DNA of 64,000 bases from an uncultured virus (IMG/VR IMGVR_UViG_3300027804_000061) (taxonomy: Duplodnaviria > Heunggongvirae > Uroviricota > Caudoviricetes): the IMG/VR virus record IMGVR_UViG_3300027804_000061; one strand, written 5' to 3'. This document shows, in pieces, positions 56,963-64,000 of this stretch. Under the pieces are notes generated by a model. It worked only from the letters and a program-made list of their open reading frames with translations, was not told the DNA's origin and did not search any database. The position numbers were made by a program, and so were the translations under genes. The first letter of the stretch is position 1. Each line of letters starts with the position of its first letter.

Positions 56963-59900
56963 GAAATTCTGCTTTGCAAACCGAACTGGTCAATGCTGCC
57001 GGGCTTAATCCTCGCAAGCCGTATTTTTCTGCCACGTATCGCAACGACATACTAAGATTTGCCAGTCCGGTTGTAGGCAGTTCCACTACGTTTAACACCA
57101 ATATTGCGTGGTCGTATCAGGCGTTGAACAGCACAAGCGTTCTGGTAGCCGGATATGACAGCAACATGGCGCTTCGAGCCGGCACGGTGTTGTATTCTTC
57201 CTGGGCATCTCCAAACACCACTGTTGTTCCTGACGTTTCCACAAAAACGCAGATTGTAAGCACCGGAAGAGAGTCGTCTATTCGAGGATGCTGGTCCAAC
57301 TATTCCGGAAGCTGGCGTTATTATTTTTTTGATTTCTTGTCCAGCGGTACGCAGTCTTATGCATCGTTGTACAGCGTGGATGCAAACGGAGCCAACAAAA
57401 CACTAGAAACGGCAACGGGATTGCCGTACGTTTCCAAATACCCAGCAAATATTTGGGAGTTTTACGGGGTACGCAGGCCGTCGGCGTTTGTAATGATGGA
57501 GCACGGCGACAAAATTGCCGTGTACACGTCTTACGAATACATTACTGAGCTTGCGCAGCTGGTGTGCACCACGCATTTTTATCATGCGGGGCCGGGGGAT
57601 ACGTCGTATCGCCGGCTGCGCACAACCATTCAATACGAAATTCCCGAATTAGACAGCACGCGCAATTATTCAACTGGCGTAACCACACTGGACGTGACAA
57701 GCGGTCTTGTGTTTGGTGCATCGTCGGAAGCAGGAAAGTTTTTTATTGTTGCCAACGACGGCACAAAAGCAATTCGATTTACGTATACGCAGGGCGTGGA
57801 AGGGCTTGCGGAACCGGTAATTCCCATTGACATTGATGCCAATCGATTGGAAATTACGGATTCTTTTGGCGCAAAAACATACGGCAAATATCATCAGTTT
57901 ATGCCGTGTGCGTTGACCAAAATTGGCAGTCGATATTATCTAAACGGACAAATGACTCGTACGTATTCCAACGGAGACAAGCGCGTCATGGAGATTTATT
58001 TGTGGTCCGTGGATGGAATCAACTGGGCAGTGGGCGACGTGTCGTCGTTTATTGACGCGGAATACTACAAAAAATCAGAGTCTGTTCGACCGTGGAATTA
58101 TGCGCTTGTGTATTTTCCCGGAGGAGACACTGTATATGCATTTGGAAACAAATGCAGAACGTCTGCTTCTGCACGAGAAATGGATTCCGGAAATTCTGAA
58201 GTTGATTTTTCAGACGTGATTATTGAAGGAATAATTGAGTCAAACACAAACTCTGCAGACCGCGCACAGCTTGTTTCCATGAAGGGATTTGACACAGTTG
58301 ATCCTTCTGATTTTGGCGGCAAAACCTTTACCATAAATCTTGGGTATTACGATTCTTCCGGAAACGTAAAGTCGGTAAAAATGGGAGAGTATTTCGTAGA
58401 TTCCGAAGCGCATGTGCTCAGCAACGCCGGCAAGGGGCCCAATCAAATTTCCGGATCTGATCTTGGTGCATGGAAGTTAACAAGATGGTCGTCTATTACA
58501 GACGTAGATCGATGGAGTTCTACGTTTGTGCAAGACGATTTGAAAATGCTGTCCAAGATGATTGTCAAAGGAATCAGCAGTGATTACAGCGCAGTTGACA
58601 ACGCCACCGGATCCGGGTTGTATTTGAGCAACTTAAACGATCCATTTGTTGGATATACATCTACGCGCGACGACCGGGACGGCATGTATACCGTGTGCGC
58701 ACGATTTACCGACACCGGCAGCACGGCAAAGCTGAGCTCTATTGGACTGTTGATTGGCGCAGAAGACTATACGGACATTTACACCAAGGGAAAAGCGGAT
58801 CGAAAAGGATTCAACGCAATCATGATTCCTTCTGTTTCCACGTGGACCGGACAAGACAAGACTTCTCCTCAAATGCGCAAAAGCAATTTGAAAAGAAGGA
58901 CCAGCAATCCTTCTACGCCAGGCAACGAATCCGACTCTGACACAGCTTTTCAATGGCTTCGCAGATATACAAATCTTTGGGAAAGAAATGTATACAGAGC
59001 GGATCAAACCATAGCGGACAGCCAATACAACAAGATTACCTCTGCAGCAGCTACCGCAGAAGGAAACATAATTTACAGCAGCGACTTTGTTGCCGAGCAC
59101 GGAATTGATTACGAATTTGTCGTAAGAAAAAACTCGGGCCGCATTCAAGCATTTGCGCGCAAAAAAGGATTTTCATCAACAACGGTTGCGGCGTCTGCCT
59201 ACACTGAATATCAACTGATTTACGAATATCAATTCAGCAAGGATGATCGCATTGAGTGGGGGCCTCGTCCGTTTTGGGGTTTTGTTGCCAATACGGATGT
59301 GTTTGCATCTTTGGACGGATGGAACAGCAGGGAATACGGAGACATAGAAACCAGTCTGACAGAAGCGTACAACGTAGTTGACACAGTAAATAAATCTGCC
59401 GACTTTCCGGATTCCCGGCTTGCGTCGTTGGGAAATGTGTATTTTGTTGGAGGAACGGGAAGTTATATAACCACTTCTCAAACAACGTCAGAGCAGGTGT
59501 GGGTAGACAGAGAGCCAAGCAGCGGAGGCGGCTACTGGGATACGGTAACAACTACAACATCGTCTCAGCAGTGGGTGGATCCGTATAACGTTGCAAGCGA
59601 CAGTTACATTGTAGAGATGTGCGCAGTTTCTGGCATGAATCTTTCCGTGGGAGAAATTGTGCGATGTTTTGTGTTTACAGATAAAGGAGGTGCTATCAAT
59701 GAAAGCAATTGCACGGCAAACATGGATCGAACAAATGTAACTGGAAACACAATATGGCGCAGTGAATTTTTTGGCGTAATTAATGCCATTGAAAATATTA
59801 ATCACGAAGGATCCGGAATTATTCGAAGAAAGATTTTTTTTGGAAAAACATGGGGAGGGGGCATTGCTGAACCCCTTCCTGGTGAAAGCTACAAATACGC

Positions 59901-62043
59901 AATTTATAAAGCGGGAACTTCATCTGTGTATGCAAAAGCGTCTTCGGGAACCATTTACAGCAGCGTAGTAACTGGATTTGATGCACAGGGCCAGGCGCAA
60001 TATTTAAATCTTGACATCAAAAACGGCACAGTAAAACAATCGTCTACTACCGCCGGGAGAGCTGCTATTGTCAACAGACAGAACGACGCCATCAGCCTGC
60101 GCATGATGGAGTCGGACGGATCCACGCATTTGATGTACAGCGGAAGTGCGCAAACAGGCCTTGGGTATGACTGGCCTACCAATCCTATTTCCAATACAGG
60201 ATTTGTAGGAAATGCTGGTTTTGTTTCTACTCGAGACTGGCGTTTGCTTATGAATCAAGGTCGGTTGTTCCCTTTTTCTTCTACGACGCTTGGTCTTCCT
60301 GGAGGAGATCAGAAATCCTACATGATCAAGGGAGAAGAAATTATTCGATACAACAACTGGGGCTGGAAAAGTCGCGGTTCTTCTACTACTGACATTGTCT
60401 GGTGCATTATTTCTGCGTATTACACGCCTATTTTCCCTTCTGTTAAAGGAGCTACAACAATTCAGCAATGGTCTAAGTTGTCGGGCAGTACCTGGATTGA
60501 ACCAGGCGACAAATTCAACCTGATTCCAAACTTGTCTGGTCTGCGTTTGTATATCAATGGAAAAGGAGGGTCGTATACGGCTGAAGGAGACGTCAAACAA
60601 TACGCCGTTTCTGCGGTTGCGGCAAACGGCGGCACGGCAAGCGTTCTTACGTTTACTCCTAAACTGTCTTCCGGCGCAGACTCTATGGATCCTGGAACCG
60701 AACGCGCAAAAGATGAAGACAAGCAGCTCAAGGAAATTGCCATTCTTTCCGGAAGAGAGCAGTTTGGAACCAGTTCTGGCATGCAAAGCTACACGGATCC
60801 GCTGTGTTTTTATCCTGTTGGCTCCAACACAACGGCAATTCCAGATTCTTTTATTAAGGTAAATTACACAACAATGAGCGTTGGTTTGTATAACAGCGCC
60901 AAAGACAATTTGAAATACGCCTGCAACCTTGCAGGCATTTCAGATGTTCAGTTTATGGACTATCCAGTGTCCGGATGGAATGATGTGTCGTCAACGGCTG
61001 AAACAATCAGCCTTGCTGATCTTGCTCATTTTGTAATTGAAGCATACGGAACCATAACAACGTCATCTGTAATTTCAATAAAAATGCGTAATGCGTACGT
61101 GCTGTATGTTGACGTGGACACTGTAAATTCCAGAGGGCATCTGACTCTGACTCTTAAAACCGCAGTTGGATTTTCTCCTGCTGAAAAAATTTCTACAGGA
61201 AGCGGATTGGAAAATACAATAGCAAAAGTTTCTGTTCCTGTGTCTGATATTCCGTTGACGGGAACGCACGATTTTCGATTTATTCTTCGCAAAGAACGAT
61301 TGATGATTGAAATGGATCGTTCTCCTGTTTGGACATTTGATTTGAAATCGTACAAATTTGGCACTTACGATTTGTATTCAGACGCTGTTGGTCCGATTGT
61401 AATGACAGCATCCAGCGTAACAAACAATTTGAAAACAAAGCTTGTTGAACTTTCTGAGGAAGTTGAAAATCAGATTATTGATATGTCGCAGGGCGGAGGC
61501 GACGCGGTTCAGTTTATTACCCGCGAAAGGCACATTCATACACGCAGCACGCAAAACGGCGGTCTTCAATTTAGCCGTTTCTTAGACGCAAACAGAGAAA
61601 ATGTTGTGCTGCAAAAAACAGACGGAACATACATTACCAGCGACTTCATCAAAGATCAGCTTGAATATAACCCGTACAACGTTCCGGGACATGTACTGGT
61701 TACTGGAGCAGAATATGGAGAACACCTGGATCCTGAATGGATTCGACAAAACGGATACATGTTTTCCACCAATCAAAACAGGCTTTTGGATACGGTGGAA
61801 GATTCCATCAAAGAGGCAAAATATCTGATCAGAATGTCCAAGGAAGATTCTGACAATTCTCAAATTGAATTGGTTGGATTGCCGCACATTCAGCCGGAAG
61901 ACGGAATGAAAAAAATCTACACATTTCCAGAAACCGTATCGGTTGCGGATCAGGATCAAATCGTATCCGGACACGCTGTGCAGTTTAACGGTGCGTCTAT
62001 GATGTCCACTCTTAAAATCAGAAAGAAATATTCTTTGGAGTAA
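56959..62043 (+). CDS. large tail tip/hub protein (1694 aa)
   Basis: Position; beta-rich with many S/T/G/Y; MGEYFVD and GLPHIQPED motifs typical of hub/Tal proteins. Confidence 0.7.
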   Translation: MRNSALQTELVNAAGLNPRKPYFSATYRNDILRFASPVVGSSTTFNTNIAWSYQALNSTSVLVAGYDSNMALRAGTVLYSSWASPNTTVVPDVSTKTQIVSTGRESSIRGCWSNYSGSWRYYFFDFLSSGTQSYASLYSVDANGANKTLETATGLPYVSKYPANIWEFYGVRRPSAFVMMEHGDKIAVYTSYEYITELAQLVCTTHFYHAGPGDTSYRRLRTTIQYEIPELDSTRNYSTGVTTLDVTSGLVFGASSEAGKFFIVANDGTKAIRFTYTQGVEGLAEPVIPIDIDANRLEITDSFGAKTYGKYHQFMPCALTKIGSRYYLNGQMTRTYSNGDKRVMEIYLWSVDGINWAVGDVSSFIDAEYYKKSESVRPWNYALVYFPGGDTVYAFGNKCRTSASAREMDSGNSEVDFSDVIIEGIIESNTNSADRAQLVSMKGFDTVDPSDFGGKTFTINLGYYDSSGNVKSVKMGEYFVDSEAHVLSNAGKGPNQISGSDLGAWKLTRWSSITDVDRWSSTFVQDDLKMLSKMIVKGISSDYSAVDNATGSGLYLSNLNDPFVGYTSTRDDRDGMYTVCARFTDTGSTAKLSSIGLLIGAEDYTDIYTKGKADRKGFNAIMIPSVSTWTGQDKTSPQMRKSNLKRRTSNPSTPGNESDSDTAFQWLRRYTNLWERNVYRADQTIADSQYNKITSAAATAEGNIIYSSDFVAEHGIDYEFVVRKNSGRIQAFARKKGFSSTTVAASAYTEYQLIYEYQFSKDDRIEWGPRPFWGFVANTDVFASLDGWNSREYGDIETSLTEAYNVVDTVNKSADFPDSRLASLGNVYFVGGTGSYITTSQTTSEQVWVDREPSSGGGYWDTVTTTTSSQQWVDPYNVASDSYIVEMCAVSGMNLSVGEIVRCFVFTDKGGAINESNCTANMDRTNVTGNTIWRSEFFGVINAIENINHEGSGIIRRKIFFGKTWGGGIAEPLPGESYKYAIYKAGTSSVYAKASSGTIYSSVVTGFDAQGQAQYLNLDIKNGTVKQSSTTAGRAAIVNRQNDAISLRMMESDGSTHLMYSGSAQTGLGYDWPTNPISNTGFVGNAGFVSTRDWRLLMNQGRLFPFSSTTLGLPGGDQKSYMIKGEEIIRYNNWGWKSRGSSTTDIVWCIISAYYTPIFPSVKGATTIQQWSKLSGSTWIEPGDKFNLIPNLSGLRLYINGKGGSYTAEGDVKQYAVSAVAANGGTASVLTFTPKLSSGADSMDPGTERAKDEDKQLKEIAILSGREQFGTSSGMQSYTDPLCFYPVGSNTTAIPDSFIKVNYTTMSVGLYNSAKDNLKYACNLAGISDVQFMDYPVSGWNDVSSTAETISLADLAHFVIEAYGTITTSSVISIKMRNAYVLYVDVDTVNSRGHLTLTLKTAVGFSPAEKISTGSGLENTIAKVSVPVSDIPLTGTHDFRFILRKERLMIEMDRSPVWTFDLKSYKFGTYDLYSDAVGPIVMTASSVTNNLKTKLVELSEEVENQIIDMSQGGGDAVQFITRERHIHTRSTQNGGLQFSRFLDANRENVVLQKTDGTYITSDFIKDQLEYNPYNVPGHVLVTGAEYGEHLDPEWIRQNGYMFSTNQNRLLDTVEDSIKEAKYLIRMSKEDSDNSQIELVGLPHIQPEDGMKKIYTFPETVSVADQDQIVSGHAVQFNGASMMSTLKIRKKYSLE

Positions 62044-62045
62044 CT

Positions 62046-64000
62046 ATGATTACAAAGCACAGCGCAGATGACGCCAGCGCAAAACCTCTTCAAATTGGAC
62101 TCAGACTTGCCCGTGTTGTTTCTATTGGAAACGGAACAGTAGACGTGTGTCCAATTGGCTCATCCGTTGTGTTGCACGATATTCCGGTAACGTCTGCTAC
62201 CACCATGAGCGTTGGAGATGTAATCAATCTTCAAGTCATGGACAACAAGCGATTTGCGTTTGCCTCGCAAAACACAACCGTTTTAACCGGATCTGCAGTT
62301 AACAATGTCACAATTCAAAATGGCGATGTCATTATTGCCGGCGAAGGAGGCGCCGGCACTGTTTTGGGCGTTGAAGCTGGAGAAGGTTTGACATCCAGCA
62401 CATTAAATGGAGTTGTCACTCTTGCTGTTGGATCAAGTGTTGTTCGTACGTCCAGGTCTGTTTTTACGGGAAGCGGCTTGACCGGCGGCGGCAATCTTAG
62501 TGCTGACCGCACGCTGTCTGTTGCACTGGCAGCAACCAGCGGTTTAAATACAACCGGCGGTCTTCTTGCTGTAGGGCAGGGAAACGGCATTTCTGTTGGC
62601 ACTTCTTCTGTTGCAGTTAATCAGGCGTATGCATTTACATGGACTTCTGCGCACGCATTTGATTCTGGGTTTACTGCTGCAGCAAGCACTTTTACTGGCT
62701 TGCTGACTGGAACGTCAAGCACGTTTAGCGGAAATGTAAGCGTTGGCACAACCAGCGGCGGATTAAATATTGGAACTACTGGCGCAGCAGCAAAAAGCAT
62801 TCGAGTAGCCGGTTCAATAAATGTCGGCACTGCTACTGGAAGCACAGACGGATATATTTACACAAGCGGGCGCATTGGTGTTGGGAAAAACGCAGCAGAC
62901 TATCCGTTAGACGTGGCAGGCGACATTTTTAGTTCAGCGTCTGTACGCGCAAGCACCAGCGTAATTACGCAGGAGTTGACAGGTGCCGGAGCAACTCCGA
63001 CAGTGTCACTGACAAACGGAACCGGGTTTAAAAGCAGTCAATACCAGTCTGGATTTGCCGGCAACGGATGGAGAATTTACAGGCAGGACAACACTGCAAA
63101 ATCAGAATGGGAAGTAGACAACCTTACCGTTCGCGGCACGCTCAGTGTGTATGAGCTTTTGATTCAGCAGATCCGCGCTACCAACGGATCTATTTTTGTT
63201 TCTGCCGCTGCCAAAATTGAATCAGTAACCGGAACGGGACCATACACTCTTATTGTAGAAGGAGGAAGCAGTGATTATGCTCCGTTTGCAGTGGGAGATA
63301 TTCTTCGTGCGCAACGCGTTTCTTTGGGGACTTCCACGCTTGTGTGGCAAAGTGATTTAACGGTTACAGCAATTAGCGTTGGAGAAAACACAAGAGCCTT
63401 TACTGCAACTTTGAGAGCTGGCAGCACTGCTCCTGCAGCAGGAATGGAATACGTTCGTCTTGGAAACACAACAGATTTAAACAGACAGGGAGCTGTGTAT
63501 TTGACGGCAGATGATTCCGGTGCTCCGTTTATTGACATTGTGAATGATGTAACAAGTCATGCAAATTGGGGAACAGCTGCAAAAGTAAAAGTAAGAATTG
63601 GAAGATTAAACGGAATTGTTGGCGGAGCAACAGCCAATTACGGCATATGGTCTGGCACAGGAACGGCTAGTACAGACTCATGGGTCAAAATGGCCGAAGA
63701 CGGCATCCTGCTTAACAACGTGCCGCTCAAAATGTATAGCGGCGCGCTTCAAACTGTTGATTTTTCTGCCAACGGAAATTTGAAAATAGGAACAAACGTT
63801 GCTAACGCATCTACTACTGCACTAAGCTGGAACGGAACAACGCTTGCTATTAATGGTGCTATTACCGCACAAAGCGGAAGCATTGCCGGTGTGCTTAGCA
63901 TTGGCACAAGCGGCGGAATTTACCAAGGGACCGGAACATTTGCAACTCCAACTACCGGCCTGAAAATATGGAATGATTCCGGCGTCGGCCGCATCGCCGG
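62046..64000 (+). CDS. tail fibre/receptor-binding protein (partial, runs off the window)
   Basis: Frame opens at ATG 62046 (MITKHSADD...) and appears to continue to the window end; G.GLTGGG repeats and the SGFAGNGW...VDNLTVRGTLSVYELLIQQIRATNG tail-fibre motif. Confidence 0.75.
   Translation, partial: MITKHSADDASAKPLQIGLRLARVVSIGNGTVDVCPIGSSVVLHDIPVTSATTMSVGDVINLQVMDNKRFAFASQNTTVLTGSAVNNVTIQNGDVIIAGEGGAGTVLGVEAGEGLTSSTLNGVVTLAVGSSVVRTSRSVFTGSGLTGGGNLSADRTLSVALAATSGLNTTGGLLAVGQGNGISVGTSSVAVNQAYAFTWTSAHAFDSGFTAAASTFTGLLTGTSSTFSGNVSVGTTSGGLNIGTTGAAAKSIRVAGSINVGTATGSTDGYIYTSGRIGVGKNAADYPLDVAGDIFSSASVRASTSVITQELTGAGATPTVSLTNGTGFKSSQYQSGFAGNGWRIYRQDNTAKSEWEVDNLTVRGTLSVYELLIQQIRATNGSIFVSAAAKIESVTGTGPYTLIVEGGSSDYAPFAVGDILRAQRVSLGTSTLVWQSDLTVTAISVGENTRAFTATLRAGSTAPAAGMEYVRLGNTTDLNRQGAVYLTADDSGAPFIDIVNDVTSHANWGTAAKVKVRIGRLNGIVGGATANYGIWSGTGTASTDSWVKMAEDGILLNNVPLKMYSGALQTVDFSANGNLKIGTNVANASTTALSWNGTTLAINGAITAQSGSIAGVLSIGTSGGIYQGTGTFATPTTGLKIWNDSGVGRIA

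Noticed and set aside
1..64000. Prophage or integrative status and host assignment
   Set aside because: No integrase, repressor, att site or host genes are present in the window; the host cannot be assigned from sequence alone.

Overview
This window looks like part of a large tailed phage genome, probably a long non-contractile-tailed siphovirus; the host cannot be determined from the sequence. It has two divergent arms that meet at about 26.85 kb. The minus-strand arm (26.8 kb to 1) reads, in transcription order: a GC-rich block of small unknown genes, each behind a T-rich motif; a 934-aa single-subunit double-psi-beta-barrel (DPBB) RNA polymerase (RYP...DFDGD); a block of small genes punctuated by five type II hammerhead ribozymes and about nine copies of a covarying 'stem-TGAC-stem-ATGAG' hairpin, including an AcrIII-1/DUF1874-like gene; then MoxR AAA+/vWA genes, SSB, nucleotide-metabolism genes, tRNAs, ThyX, nucleases, a DnaB-like helicase and primase. 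The plus-strand arm encodes MazG, large terminase, portal, scaffold, major capsid, head-tail proteins, a glycosyltransferase, tail tube, chaperones, a 6392-aa tape measure protein, tail tip proteins and a partial tail fibre. The main result is that the tape measure protein appears to carry a second RNA polymerase (RYP...GDDDGD) plus PD-(D/E)XK nuclease, HD and two HExxH domains. This suggests a virion-injected RNAP to non-virion RNAP cascade, as described for Thermus phage P23-45, with two candidate promoter classes visible in the DNA. All assignments come from reading motifs by eye; no database searches or folding programs were run.
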